63,380 nt of DNA, filler included, from 3 parts of 3 records of this genome joined end to end with filler, not necessarily neighbours in it; one strand, 5' to 3'. Positions 10,348-20,758 are shown, numbered from the whole stretch's first letter. Notes: generated from the sequence alone by a model not told the origin. Made by a program: numbers and translations.

Positions 10348-10773
10348 TCAAAATTCCCCAATAGCATTTTCCAGCAGCTCAACTTGCCCCTGCCCATCTA
10401 CCATCGCCAGATCAAAGCGCATCGGTGTCAGTTGCCCGCTGGGGCGCTGGCCGGCAAATTCCTGGCCCGCCATGCACAGCCTGCGCGCCTGTGCCGGGCG
10501 CAGCGCATGGGCCGCCTTGGCATGGGTGCGGGCGGTTTTTACCTCGGCAAAAATCAGGGCCTCTTCGCCATTTTGACGATCGACAAAAATCAAATCAATT
10601 TCGCCCGCCTTGCCCCGCCAGCGCCGCTTTAGCAATTCAGCCCCTTGGGCCAGATAGGCACGTTCCACCACAGCCTCGGCCGCAAGCCCAGCCAAATACG
10701 CCATCTGCCCCCGGGCACGCCGGGGCGCAGGCGTAGATTGCCACAGATCCATCGAACATGCCTGCGCGCCCAT
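10348..10773 (-). CDS. yraN: YraN family PD-(D/E)xK nuclease
   Basis: GLAAE, RWRGKAGEIDLI, FAEVK, RFDLA, ENAI; immediately downstream of rsmI; start uncertain. Confidence 0.88.
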   Translation of the reverse strand: MGAQACSMDLWQSTPAPRRARGQMAYLAGLAAEAVVERAYLAQGAELLKRRWRGKAGEIDLIFVDRQNGEEALIFAEVKTARTHAKAAHALRPAQARRLCMAGQEFAGQRPSGQLTPMRFDLAMVDGQGQVELLENAIGEF

Positions 10774-10774
10774 T

Positions 10775-11638
10775 TTACCCGTCCTTGCCCAATTTCAACG
10801 CCATTTGATACACTTTGCGCCGGGGCAGCCCGGTTGCGATGCTAACCTGATCTGCCGCATCGCGCACAGTTCCCGCCGCCAATGCCTGGCGCAGCATTGT
10901 TTCTACGTCCTCTTCATTAATTTTTTCCAAACGTCCACGATCAACCAGCACAACAATCTCGCCTTTTGGGGCTGTGTCGGCGTAGCGTTCGGCCAGGTCT
11001 TGCAGGGTGCCGGGCACGATTTCTTCGAATTTTTTCGTTAATTCCCGGCACACGCGTGCCTGGCGATCTGCGCCCAGCACTTGGGCTGCATCGCGCAGCA
11101 TGGCGGCCAGCCTTTTGGGTGATTCGTAAAACACCAGCGTCGCCGGCACCTCGGCCAAAGCGGCCAGGGCGGTTTTCCGCTGGCTGCTGGTGTTGGGCAA
11201 AAACCCCTCGAATAAAAACCGGTCGGTGGGCAAGCCGCCCAAGGTCAGCGCGGTGATCACCGCCGATGGCCCCGGCGCCGAGGTCACGGGAACGCCTTCG
11301 TCCTGGGCCAGGCGCACCAGGTCAAAGCCGGGATCAGCCACCAAGGGCGTGCCAGCCTCGGAGGCATATAAAACCGCCAGGCCCTGCGCGAACCACGCCT
11401 TTATTTTAGGGCGCATCCTGTCGCCATTGTGGTCATGATAGGCCACCAGCGGGCGATCGCCCAAGGCCAGGCCGTGAATATCCATCAGGCGGCGCAGGCT
11501 GCGGGTATCTTCTGCCACTAGCACATCGGCGGTTTTCAGCAAATCCAGGGCGCGCAGGGTGATATCGCGCGCGGTGCCAAGCGGTGTGGCAATCAAATAC
11601 AAGCCTGCCGGCAGATTGGCCTTTTCCTGATTCAACAC
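10775..11638 (-). CDS. rsmI: 16S rRNA (cytidine(1402)-2'-O)-methyltransferase RsmI
   Basis: GLYLIATPLG..DITLRAL, AEDTR, SEAGTPLVADPG, PGPSA, FEGFLP, FYESPKRL, RELTKKFEE, KGEIV. Confidence 0.96.
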   Translation of the reverse strand: MLNQEKANLPAGLYLIATPLGTARDITLRALDLLKTADVLVAEDTRSLRRLMDIHGLALGDRPLVAYHDHNGDRMRPKIKAWFAQGLAVLYASEAGTPLVADPGFDLVRLAQDEGVPVTSAPGPSAVITALTLGGLPTDRFLFEGFLPNTSSQRKTALAALAEVPATLVFYESPKRLAAMLRDAAQVLGADRQARVCRELTKKFEEIVPGTLQDLAERYADTAPKGEIVVLVDRGRLEKINEEDVETMLRQALAAGTVRDAADQVSIATGLPRRKVYQMALKLGKDG

Positions 11639-11718
11639 TGGACCCGCCCCTGACTGCGTTTATTATCGCCCCAAAGGTGGGGGTATGTCCGCCATAAACC
11701 GAGGGAGAGTATCTGTCC

Positions 11719-12888
11719 ATGTTCGCCTTATCATCCACCGCCCGCCGCCTATGCGCCCTGGCCCTTGGCGCGCTTGCGCTTTTCACGGTTTCGGCCTGCC
11801 AACCGGGCGGCGCACCGGGCGCACGCATTGCCCCGGGCGCACCGGTGCCGGTGGCCCTGCTGGTGCCGCGCGGCAGCGGCGAAAATGGCGACGAGGTGCT
11901 GGCCCAATCGCTGGAAAACGCAGCGCGCCTGGCCATGGCCGATTTGCAAGGCGTGCAAATTGACCTGCGCGTTTATGGCACCGCGGGCAACCCCGAACAG
12001 GCCCGCACCGCTGGCCTGCAGGCGGTCAGCGATGGCGCAAAGATCATTTTGGGCCCGGTTTACGCGGAATCGGCCAATGCCGTGGCAGTGGCCCTGGCAT
12101 CGCAAAACATCAATGTGCTTTCGTTTTCCAACAACCCCATCATTGCCCGCGGCAATGGCAACCTCTTTATTCTGGGGCACACGTTTGAAAATGCCGCCGA
12201 CCGGCTGGTGCGTTTGGCAATAGAGCGCGGGAAAACCAGGTTTATGGTGATCCATTCCACCGATCTTTCGGGTCAGCTGGGCCTGCAGGCGGTGGAAAAG
12301 GCGGTTTTGGCCAATGGCGGCACGCTGGTTGGGGCTGTATCGCATGAGTTTTCGCAAAACGGCGTGCTGCAGGCCGTGCCCCAAGCGGTGCAAATGGCGC
12401 GCGACATGGCACCAGATGCGGTGTTTCTCACCGCCAATACAGCCGGCGCCTTGCCGTTGTTTTCACAAATGCTGCCCGAGGCGGGGTTATCGCCCGTGGA
12501 TATACAGTTCATCGGGCTAAGCCGCTGGGATATTCCGGCACAAACCTTGGCCTTGCCCGGTGTTCAGGGTGGCTGGTTTGCCCGCCCCGATACCGCCACA
12601 TCTGATCAATTTCGCGCCCGCTACAAAGAGGCCTATGCCGGCGATGCCCACCCCATTGGCGGGCTGGCCTATGATGGCATTGCAGCCATCGGCGCGCTGG
12701 CTGGCAGTGGCACATCGCTGGGCGCGGCTGGGTTGACCCAATCGGCCGGTTTTCAGGGCACGGGCGGCATTTTCCGCTTTAACAGCGATGGAACCAATCA
12801 GCGGGGCTTGAGCGTGGCGCAGGTGGTAGACAGCCAAGCCCTGGAAATCGATCCCGCCCCGCGCAGCTTTGGCGCTATGGGCTTTTAA
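11719..12888 (+). CDS. Penicillin-binding protein activator (LpoA/LppC-like lipoprotein, periplasmic binding protein fold)
   Basis: Lipobox VSAC; VALLVP, IILGP, LAYDGIAA, GFQGTGGIFRF..DGTNQRGLSV; divergent from rsmI as in the rsmI-lpoA arrangement. Confidence 0.8.
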   Translation: MFALSSTARRLCALALGALALFTVSACQPGGAPGARIAPGAPVPVALLVPRGSGENGDEVLAQSLENAARLAMADLQGVQIDLRVYGTAGNPEQARTAGLQAVSDGAKIILGPVYAESANAVAVALASQNINVLSFSNNPIIARGNGNLFILGHTFENAADRLVRLAIERGKTRFMVIHSTDLSGQLGLQAVEKAVLANGGTLVGAVSHEFSQNGVLQAVPQAVQMARDMAPDAVFLTANTAGALPLFSQMLPEAGLSPVDIQFIGLSRWDIPAQTLALPGVQGGWFARPDTATSDQFRARYKEAYAGDAHPIGGLAYDGIAAIGALAGSGTSLGAAGLTQSAGFQGTGGIFRFNSDGTNQRGLSVAQVVDSQALEIDPAPRSFGAMGF

Positions 12889-12906
12889 CACGAACGGACC
12901 GTTCAA

Positions 12907-15672
12907 TTGACGTATCAGTTTCCATCGCCCGAAGGTGATATTATCTGCGCGCCCACCGAAATCTTTGATGGGGTGGGCATTCGCGCACAGCTTGCAACGG
13001 CCATTGCCGGCGCCGGCGCCCCCACCGAGATACGCGCAGCCGTTGTGCCGGTGCTGATGCAGGCCCAACAGCGCGGGCGGCAGGCCATTGCCGATGCCTT
13101 TGCCAAACAGCCCTTTGCCGCACGTGCCACCACCCGCGCCTATGCCTGGCTGACCGATTGCCTGGTTTTGGCCACCATGCAGGTGGCCACCCAATCTATT
13201 CACCCGCTGGCCACCCCCACCAGCGGCGAACGCCTGGCGCTTTTTGCCGTGGGTGGCTATGGCCGGGGAGAGATGGCGCCGCAATCTGATGTAGATTTGC
13301 TGTTTCTGACGCCTCATAAAATCACGCCCTGGGCCGAAAGCGTGATTGAATCGATGCTGTATATCCTGTGGGATTTGCGGCTAAAGGTGGGTCATTCCAG
13401 CCGCACGGTGAAAGATTGCATTCGCTTGGCGGGCGAGGATTTCACCATTCGCACAGCGCTGCTGGAACACCGCTTTATCGGCGGCGACGCAGAGCTGAAC
13501 ACCGAATTAGACAGCCGGCTGTGGAAAGAGCTGTTTCGCAGCTCGGCGCCCGAATTCATCGAGGCCAAGCTGGCCGAGCGTGACGCGCGCCACAAAAAAC
13601 AGGGGGCGCGCTATGTGGTGGAACCCAATGTCAAAGAGGGCAAGGGCGGGCTGCGCGATCTGCAAACGCTTTACTGGATTTCAAAATACATGCACCGGGT
13701 GCAAACCGCAGACGAGCTGGTGCGCCTAGAGGTGTTTCAACGCGATGAATTCGACACCTTTACCAAGGCGGAAAACTTTCTCTGGGCGGTGCGCTGCCAT
13801 TTGCACCTGATCACCGGGCGCCCCTCGGACCAGTTGACATTTGACCTGCAGGTCGAAGTGGCCGAGCGTATGAGCTACCAAGACAGGGGCGGGCGCCGCG
13901 CGGTCGAGCATTTCATGCAAGATTTTTTCCGCCATGCCACATCGGTTGGGGATTTGACGCGCATTTTCCTGACCAAACTGGAAGCCATACATGCCAAAAG
14001 CCCCCCCCTGCTCGAGCGGCTTTTCCGCAGGGTGCCGAAAACCAAGCCGGGCTATAGCGTGGTGCACGGGCGTATTGCCATCGAGGATGATGATGACTTT
14101 TTGGCAGATAAGCTGAATATCTTGCGCCTGTTCGAAGAAGGGCTGCGCACGGGCATGCTGATCCACCCCGATGCCATGCGGCTGGTCAAATCGAACCTGC
14201 GGCTGATTGATGACGATATGCGCAACACCCGCGAGGCGCAGCGCATTTTCCTGGATCTGATGCTGAAACACGGCAACCCCGAACGCGCCTTGCGGCGGAT
14301 GAATGAATTGGGGGTGCTGGCCGCCTTTGTGCCCGAATTCGAGCATGTCGTGGCGATGATGCAGTTTAACATGTATCACAGCTACACCGTGGACGAGCAT
14401 ACCATCCAATGCATCCGCGTGCTCAGCCAGATCGAGGCGGGAGAGCTGATCGAGGAACTGCCCCTTGCCACCGGCATATTAAAGGGCGGGGTCAACCGAA
14501 AGGTGCTTTATACCGCGCTGTTGCTGCATGATATCGGCAAGGGCCGCGACGAAGACCATTCGGTGATTGGCGCACAAATCGCCCGCCGCGTGGCGCCGCG
14601 GCTGGGGCTGAACAAGGCCGATTGCGAAACCGTGGAATGGCTGGTGCGCTACCATCTGCTGATGTCGGATATGGCGCAAAAACGCGATATCGCCGACCCG
14701 CGCACAGTGCGCGATTTCGCCAAGCTGGTGAAAAACCGCAAGCGGCTGGATCTGCTGACCGTTTTAACAGTGTGCGATATTCGCGGTGTTGGCCCCAGCA
14801 CATGGAACAACTGGAAAGCCATGCTGTTGCGCCAGTTGCACAAGGAAACCGCCATTGCCCTGGAACATGGGCTGGAAGAGCTGAACCGCGAAAACCGCGG
14901 GGCCGAGGCGCGGCGCGCCCTGCGCGAGGCGCTGGCCACATGGGAACCCGGCCCGCTGAAACACGAAACCAGCCGCCACTACCCGCCCTATTGGCAGGGG
15001 TTGGATAGCGCCACACAGGTGGTGTTTGCCGGCATGTTGCGCGATTTGGCCGATGATGAAATCGCCATCGATCTGCACCCAGATGAAAACCGCGATGCCA
15101 CGCGCGCCTGTTTTGCGCTGTCTGATCACCCCGGCATATTCTCGCGCTTGGCGGGGGCATTGGCGCTGGTGGGGGCCAATGTGGTAGATGCCCGCACCTA
15201 TACCTCGAAAGATGGCTATGCCACGGCGGTGTTCTGGATACAGGATGGCGATGGCCACCCCTACGAAACAGACCGCCTGCCGCGCCTGCGCCAGATGATC
15301 CACAAAACCCTGAAAGGCGAGATCAAAGCAACCGAGGCGATACGCTCGAAAGACAAGCTGAAAAAACGCGAGCGCGCCTTTCGTGTGCCCACCTCGATTA
15401 CCTTTGATAATGATGGATCCGAGATTTACACCATCATCGAGGTCGATACCCGCGACAGGCCGGGCCTGTTGTTTGACCTGACCCGCACATTGGCCAATAG
15501 CAACGTCTATATCGCCAGCGCCGTGATCGCCACATTTGGCGAACAGGTGGTCGATACGTTCTATGTGAAAGATATGTTTGGGCTGAAATTCTACAGCCTG
15601 TCCAAGCAAAAAACGCTTGAACGCAGGCTGCGCGAGGCCATCGCCAAAGGCGCGGAAATGGCGGTGTCATAG
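12907..15672 (+). CDS. glnD: [Protein-PII] uridylyltransferase GlnD
   Basis: AVGGYGRGEMAPQSDVDLL NTase motif, EPNVKEGKGGLRDL, YHSYTVDEH, LLHDIGKG HD domain, two ACT domains (DHPGIF, DRPGLL); TTG start uncertain. Confidence 0.97.
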   Translation: MTYQFPSPEGDIICAPTEIFDGVGIRAQLATAIAGAGAPTEIRAAVVPVLMQAQQRGRQAIADAFAKQPFAARATTRAYAWLTDCLVLATMQVATQSIHPLATPTSGERLALFAVGGYGRGEMAPQSDVDLLFLTPHKITPWAESVIESMLYILWDLRLKVGHSSRTVKDCIRLAGEDFTIRTALLEHRFIGGDAELNTELDSRLWKELFRSSAPEFIEAKLAERDARHKKQGARYVVEPNVKEGKGGLRDLQTLYWISKYMHRVQTADELVRLEVFQRDEFDTFTKAENFLWAVRCHLHLITGRPSDQLTFDLQVEVAERMSYQDRGGRRAVEHFMQDFFRHATSVGDLTRIFLTKLEAIHAKSPPLLERLFRRVPKTKPGYSVVHGRIAIEDDDDFLADKLNILRLFEEGLRTGMLIHPDAMRLVKSNLRLIDDDMRNTREAQRIFLDLMLKHGNPERALRRMNELGVLAAFVPEFEHVVAMMQFNMYHSYTVDEHTIQCIRVLSQIEAGELIEELPLATGILKGGVNRKVLYTALLLHDIGKGRDEDHSVIGAQIARRVAPRLGLNKADCETVEWLVRYHLLMSDMAQKRDIADPRTVRDFAKLVKNRKRLDLLTVLTVCDIRGVGPSTWNNWKAMLLRQLHKETAIALEHGLEELNRENRGAEARRALREALATWEPGPLKHETSRHYPPYWQGLDSATQVVFAGMLRDLADDEIAIDLHPDENRDATRACFALSDHPGIFSRLAGALALVGANVVDARTYTSKDGYATAVFWIQDGDGHPYETDRLPRLRQMIHKTLKGEIKATEAIRSKDKLKKRERAFRVPTSITFDNDGSEIYTIIEVDTRDRPGLLFDLTRTLANSNVYIASAVIATFGEQVVDTFYVKDMFGLKFYSLSKQKTLERRLREAIAKGAEMAVS

Positions 15673-15725
15673 GGCTTGTTGCGGGCCTGCTGCGGTTGGG
15701 CACCGCGCGCGCCCCGGCGCGCGCC

Positions 15726-16601
15726 TTAGCCCGCCGCCGGGCGCTGTTTGGCCAGTTGCACCATCAAGATACCCACCGCAATCACCACCACGCCGGCCAC
15801 ATCCAGCAGGCCCAGCGCCTCGTCCAGGATCATCGCGGCAATGGCCACGCCAAAAAACGGGTTCAAGAAATGGAAGGTCGATGCCTTTACAGCACCGATC
15901 TGCCCCACCAGCGTAAACCACACCCAGGTGGCCGTCAGGCCAGGCACCAAGGTAGTGTATAAAAACGCCACAACCAGCTGCCAGCTCCAGGTGACATGGA
16001 TGGTTTCTGTGGCGGCCGAGGCCACAGCCAAAATCGCGCCGCCCACCAGCATTTGCAGGCCCACAACGCTCATCACATTGCCACCAGAGGCAGCGCCGCG
16101 CACCGCCAGCGTGGCCACCGTCAGCGCCGCAGCCCCCAGCACGCACAGCCCCAGGCCCAGCGGATCAAGCCCCGCCTCTAGCCGCGCGCCCATGATCACA
16201 GCCACGCCCACAACCCCCAGCACCAGCCCAAACACACCCATGGCCGACAAGCGATCTTTGAACAAAACCCAGCCCGCAAAGGCCACCATCAACGGCATGG
16301 TCGAGGCAATGATCGAGGCCAGCGATGCCTCGACCCATTGCATCGCGACAAAATTTAACCCCAGATACAGGGCGTTTTGGCAAATGCCAAAAATGATGGT
16401 GGCGCGCCATTGCGCCCGGTTTAGGCGCAGGCTTTGGCCCATCGCATAGGCCAGGGCCAGGCCCAGCAGGCCCGATAGAAAAAACCGCGCCGAAAGCGAG
16501 GCCAAGGGCGAGGCATGCGCCACAATAACCCGCGCCGAGGTAAAGGCAGATGACCACATCAGCGCAAAGGCAAGCCCCAGAAAAAGTGCCTTTATGTTCA
16601 T
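15726..16601 (-). CDS. DMT/EamA family transporter
   Basis: About 10 TM helices in two EamA repeats (WSSAF, RFFLSG, ASIIASTMPL, FHFLNPFFGV). Confidence 0.88.
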   Translation of the reverse strand: MNIKALFLGLAFALMWSSAFTSARVIVAHASPLASLSARFFLSGLLGLALAYAMGQSLRLNRAQWRATIIFGICQNALYLGLNFVAMQWVEASLASIIASTMPLMVAFAGWVLFKDRLSAMGVFGLVLGVVGVAVIMGARLEAGLDPLGLGLCVLGAAALTVATLAVRGAASGGNVMSVVGLQMLVGGAILAVASAATETIHVTWSWQLVVAFLYTTLVPGLTATWVWFTLVGQIGAVKASTFHFLNPFFGVAIAAMILDEALGLLDVAGVVVIAVGILMVQLAKQRPAAG

Positions 16602-16679
16602 ATGCCCCCCGGGCGCTGCCACTGCTTTGCCACCGTTAAACCCCGCAAGGCTGGCAGATGCAATCGCCCATCGCGGGGC

Positions 16680-17462
16680 TTAGCGCCCCTTCCACACCGG
16701 ATCACGCTTTTCAGCAAAGGCGCGGAACCCTTCCATATTGTCCTCAGAGCCGTAAAGCACATCTACCGTGGGCAGCTGGCGTTTGGTGACGCGGTTCATC
16801 GTATCTTGGAACCGCGCGCCTTCGGCGTCGCGCACCACCTCTTTGATGGCGGCGTAAACCAGGGGCGGCCCCGCGGCCAACAGATCGGCCATTTCCCTGG
16901 CTTTGGCCAACAGTTGATCGGCAGGGTGGATCTGGTTGATCAGCCCCCAGCGCGCCGCTTCCGCGGCATCCAGCCAGCGCCCCGTCAGCAGCATTTCCAT
17001 CGCGATATGGTAGGGAATGCGCTTTGGCAGCTTGATGCTGGCCGCGTCGGCCACAGTGCCCGAACGGATCTCGGGCAGGGCAAATGTGGCATGGTCTGCG
17101 GCCAGCAAGATATCGGCCGACAGCGCCAGTTCCAGCCCGCCCCCACAGCAAATGCCGTTGATGGCCGCGATCACAGGTTTGTTCATATCGCGCAGCTCTT
17201 GCAGGCCACCAAAGCCACCCACGCCATAATCCCCATCTACCGCATCGCCATCGGCTGCGGCTTTCAAATCCCAGCCGGGGCAGAAAAACTTGTCGCCCGC
17301 CGCAGTCAGGATGGCCACGCGCAATTCTGGGTCATCGCGGAATTGGGCAAAAACATCGCCCATGATGCGGCTGGTGGCCAGATCGATGGCATTGGCCTTG
17401 GGCCGGTCTAGCGTTACCTCTAGCACCGCGCCACGGCGCTCGGTTTTGATTGGGTTTGTCAT
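16680..17462 (-). CDS. caiD: Carnitinyl-CoA dehydratase / crotonobetainyl-CoA hydratase (crotonase family)
   Basis: LEVTLDRPKANAID, KFFCPGWDLKAAADG..D.DYG.GGFGG, GGGLELAL, FALPE, AFAEKRDPVWKGR closely resemble CaiD. Confidence 0.8.
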   Translation of the reverse strand: MTNPIKTERRGAVLEVTLDRPKANAIDLATSRIMGDVFAQFRDDPELRVAILTAAGDKFFCPGWDLKAAADGDAVDGDYGVGGFGGLQELRDMNKPVIAAINGICCGGGLELALSADILLAADHATFALPEIRSGTVADAASIKLPKRIPYHIAMEMLLTGRWLDAAEAARWGLINQIHPADQLLAKAREMADLLAAGPPLVYAAIKEVVRDAEGARFQDTMNRVTKRQLPTVDVLYGSEDNMEGFRAFAEKRDPVWKGR

Positions 17463-19522
17463 ATGTCTGGCCCTTTCAGAGTAATCAGCGCATCCGCCGC
17501 AACCGCACGGTCGGGGGTGCAAATAAGTGGGTTGATTTCAACTTCGCACAAAGACTGGCTGTGTTCCAACGCATAGGCCTGCACAGCCATCACCGCCTGC
17601 ACCACCGCCTGCAGATTGGCGCCCGGCGCCCCGCGATAGCCCGCCAACAGCGGCGCCATGCGCAGCCCAGCCAAGGCTGTGCGAATATCATCTTCTGACA
17701 CGGGCAGCAGCAGCTGTGCGCTGTCTTGCAACAGCTCGGTCATTGTGCCCCCGGCCGCCAAGCTTAGAACAAAGCCATGGGCCGGGTCATGCACCACACC
17801 CACCAGCAATTCAGCCACGCCACCCGTGACCATTTCCTCGATCAAATAGGCCGGGGCCTGCATGGCCGCGGCGCGTGCGGCCACGGCACCTGCATCAGCC
17901 AGGTTCAGCGCCACCAGCCCAGCCTCGGTTTTATGGGCAGCGCCCGTGCCCTTAAGCACAACGGGAAAGCCCAGCGCCTGCGCCTGGGCTGCTGCCTGGG
18001 CGGGCGTGCTGGCCGGGCTGTGGCGCGGCACATCCAACCCGCAAGTGGCCAAAGCGGCCTTTGCCGCGCTTTCGGCCAGCGTATGTGTGGCGCCCAAGGG
18101 CGCTCCGTTTGGCGCCAGCACCGGCGCTGGCGCCGGGGCGCGGGCCGCTTGCCCCAGTTGGGCGGCCGCCGCAATGGCGCCCAGCCCCTCGGGCAGGCCA
18201 CAAAGCGGCACCAAACCTGCTGCCATGATCTGCGCACAGCGCTCTTCTGGCATGTTTTCTGGCAAGCTGGCCAAGATGGCCATGGGCACGCCGCGCTGGC
18301 GCTGTGCCGCTGCAGCAGCGGCGATGACACTATCCCAATCATCGGCACGGCATCGATCGGCGCGGGGGAAATCCAGCACCACAACGCCCATTGCCAGTTC
18401 GGGCGCCATCATCGCCGCAAAGCAGCGCGTCATGGCGGGCAGGTCTGCCCAAATATAGGTGTGGTAATCCAGTGGGTTTGCCAGCGCCACCTTGGGGCCA
18501 AGGGCTGCGCGCAAATCGGCCCTTTGCCGGGCACCCAGCGGCGGATACACCAGCCCACGGCCCAGCGCGCTGTCGGCCATCAGGCTGGCCTCGCCGCCCG
18601 AACATGACAGCGAGGCGATGGCATTGCTTGCCAGCGGGCCGGTGATGTGCAGCAGCTTGAGTGCCTCAAGAAACGTGGCCAAATCAGCCACTTGCGCAAT
18701 GCCCAAGCGCGCCAGCAAGGCCCGCGCACCCGCATCAGTGCCGGCAAGCGAGGCAGTATGCGACACGGTGGCCACCTGCGCCTGTTCCGAGGCGCCCACC
18801 TTTAGCGCCACGATCGGCTTGCCCAGATCCCGCGCTTTTGATGCCAGCGCCTGAAAGGCCGTAACATCGCCCACCCCTTCGATATGCAGGCCCAAGGCGG
18901 TAACGCGCGGATCATCCAGCAGCGCCATGGAAATGGCGGCAAGCCCGGTTTGCGCCTGATTGCCCGCCGTTACCACATAGGCCAGCGGCAGCCCACGCTT
19001 TTGCATCGTCATGTTGATGGCAATATTCGACGATTGCGTCACAATCGCCACGCCACTGCCACAGGGCTGCGCGCCATGCTGGTCGGGCCACAGGGCCGCG
19101 CCATCGAGCGCATTGATAAAGCCGTAGCAATTGGGGCCCAAAAACGGCATATCGCCTGCAGCCTCGATCAAGGCCTGTTGCAGGGCCGCGCCATCGGCCA
19201 ATTCGGCAGAGGCCTCTGAAAACCCCGAGGCAAAGCACACAGCCCCCCCCGCACCCCGGGCGCTCAGCTGGGCCATCACCGCGATTGTGGCCTGGCGGTT
19301 CACCCCCACAAAGGCGGCATCGGGGGCATCTGGCAGATCGGCCACAGTGGCAAAGGCAGGCACGCCCCCCATATCGGCACGGCTGGGATGCACGGGCCAG
19401 ATCTGCCCGCCAAAGCCAATCAGGCGCAGCTGCTGGATCACGTTTTCACACCAAGCGCCGCCGCCAATCACAGCCACGCTGGTGGGGCGCAACAGCCGCC
19501 CCAAAGATGCCGGCGCTGCCAT
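17459..19522 (-). CDS. ADP-forming acyl-CoA synthetase (acetate-CoA ligase family), alpha and beta parts fused; probable gamma-butyrobetaine-CoA ligase
   Basis: LLRP.SVAVIGG CoA-binding domain, LGPNCYG, QSSN, SHTASLAG phospho-His motif, SGGEA, NPLD, C-terminal ATP-grasp (FPVVLK..HKTEAG.V, EVEINPL). Confidence 0.8.
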   Translation of the reverse strand: MAAPASLGRLLRPTSVAVIGGGAWCENVIQQLRLIGFGGQIWPVHPSRADMGGVPAFATVADLPDAPDAAFVGVNRQATIAVMAQLSARGAGGAVCFASGFSEASAELADGAALQQALIEAAGDMPFLGPNCYGFINALDGAALWPDQHGAQPCGSGVAIVTQSSNIAINMTMQKRGLPLAYVVTAGNQAQTGLAAISMALLDDPRVTALGLHIEGVGDVTAFQALASKARDLGKPIVALKVGASEQAQVATVSHTASLAGTDAGARALLARLGIAQVADLATFLEALKLLHITGPLASNAIASLSCSGGEASLMADSALGRGLVYPPLGARQRADLRAALGPKVALANPLDYHTYIWADLPAMTRCFAAMMAPELAMGVVVLDFPRADRCRADDWDSVIAAAAAAQRQRGVPMAILASLPENMPEERCAQIMAAGLVPLCGLPEGLGAIAAAAQLGQAARAPAPAPVLAPNGAPLGATHTLAESAAKAALATCGLDVPRHSPASTPAQAAAQAQALGFPVVLKGTGAAHKTEAGLVALNLADAGAVAARAAAMQAPAYLIEEMVTGGVAELLVGVVHDPAHGFVLSLAAGGTMTELLQDSAQLLLPVSEDDIRTALAGLRMAPLLAGYRGAPGANLQAVVQAVMAVQAYALEHSQSLCEVEINPLICTPDRAVAADALITLKGPDI

Positions 19523-20683
19523 TCAGGCCCCCAGCGGGCGAAACAGATCGCGGCTGATGATGTGGCGCTGAATTTCGCTGGTGCCATCCCAAATGCGCTC
19601 TACACGCGCATCGCGCCAGAACCGTTCTATCGGGAAATCGGCCATCAGGCCCATGCCGCCAAAAACCTGCAGCGTGGTATCGGTGACGCGGGCCAGCATC
19701 TCGCTTGCATAAAGCTTGGCGCTGGCAATCTCGCGGTTGGCCTCGAGCCCCTGGTCAAGGCGCCAGGCGGCGGCCAATGTCAGCCAATCGGCGGCATCGA
19801 TTTCGGTGATCATATCGGCAATCTGAAAACTGACGCCCTGAAACTTGGCAATTTGCTGGCCAAACTGCCGGCGCTCGGCGGCATAGTTTAACGCATAGTC
19901 AAACACCCGGCGCGCCCGGCCCACGCAAAAGGCCGCCACTGTCAGACGTGTGGCATAAAGCCAGGTGTTCATCACCTCAAACCCGCCATCGACCTGCCCC
20001 AAAACCTGCGCATCGGGCAGGCGGCAATTGTCGAAATACAAGATGCAGTTCTTATAGCCCTTATGACTGACCGAGCTGTAGCCCTCGCGCACCTCGAAAC
20101 CGGGGTGGCCACGATCAACCAGAAAACAGGTGATGCGCTTTTTGGGGCCTTTGGGGGTGTCATCAACGCCCGTGGCGATGAAGACGATAAAGAAATCGGC
20201 ATGATCGGCGCCCGAGATGAAATGTTTGGTGCCATTCACCACCCAATCGCCGCCATCACGCGTGGCGCTGCATTGCATCCCCCGCACGTCCGAGCCGGCG
20301 CCCGGTTCTGTCATGGCCAGGGCATCCATACGTTCGCCACGCACGGCCGGCAGCAAATAGCGCTCGCGCTGTTCGGGGGTGCAGGCCATCAAGATATTCT
20401 GCGGCCGGCCAAAGAAATGCGTCAGCGCCATCGAGCCGCGCCCCAATTCGCGCTCGACCAGCGTAAAATCCAGGTGGCTTAGCCCTGCCCCGCCCACGTC
20501 TTCGGGGAAATTGCAGGCGTAAAACCCTAAATCGATGACCTTTTGCTTGATCTCTTGCGCCAGATCGGGGGGCACTTCGCCTGTGCGCTCGACCATGTCT
20601 TCGTGGGGGTAGATCTCTTTCTCAACAAAGCTGCGCACCGTTGAAACGATCATTTCCTGTTCTTCTGTCAGGCCAAAATGCAT
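19523..20683 (-). CDS. Acyl-CoA dehydrogenase (probable gamma-butyrobetainyl-CoA dehydrogenase)
   Basis: AMTEPGAGSD, NGTKHFIS, RRQFGQQIAKFQ, QVFGGMG, RIWDGTSEIQR; in an operon with a CoA ligase and caiD. Confidence 0.85.
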   Translation of the reverse strand: MHFGLTEEQEMIVSTVRSFVEKEIYPHEDMVERTGEVPPDLAQEIKQKVIDLGFYACNFPEDVGGAGLSHLDFTLVERELGRGSMALTHFFGRPQNILMACTPEQRERYLLPAVRGERMDALAMTEPGAGSDVRGMQCSATRDGGDWVVNGTKHFISGADHADFFIVFIATGVDDTPKGPKKRITCFLVDRGHPGFEVREGYSSVSHKGYKNCILYFDNCRLPDAQVLGQVDGGFEVMNTWLYATRLTVAAFCVGRARRVFDYALNYAAERRQFGQQIAKFQGVSFQIADMITEIDAADWLTLAAAWRLDQGLEANREIASAKLYASEMLARVTDTTLQVFGGMGLMADFPIERFWRDARVERIWDGTSEIQRHIISRDLFRPLGA

Positions 20684-20758
20684 TGCAATCCCTCCTTGCC
20701 GCGACGGGCAGGATAGGGCAGATCTGGGCCACTATTCTTGCAGTATTGGCAGCAAACC

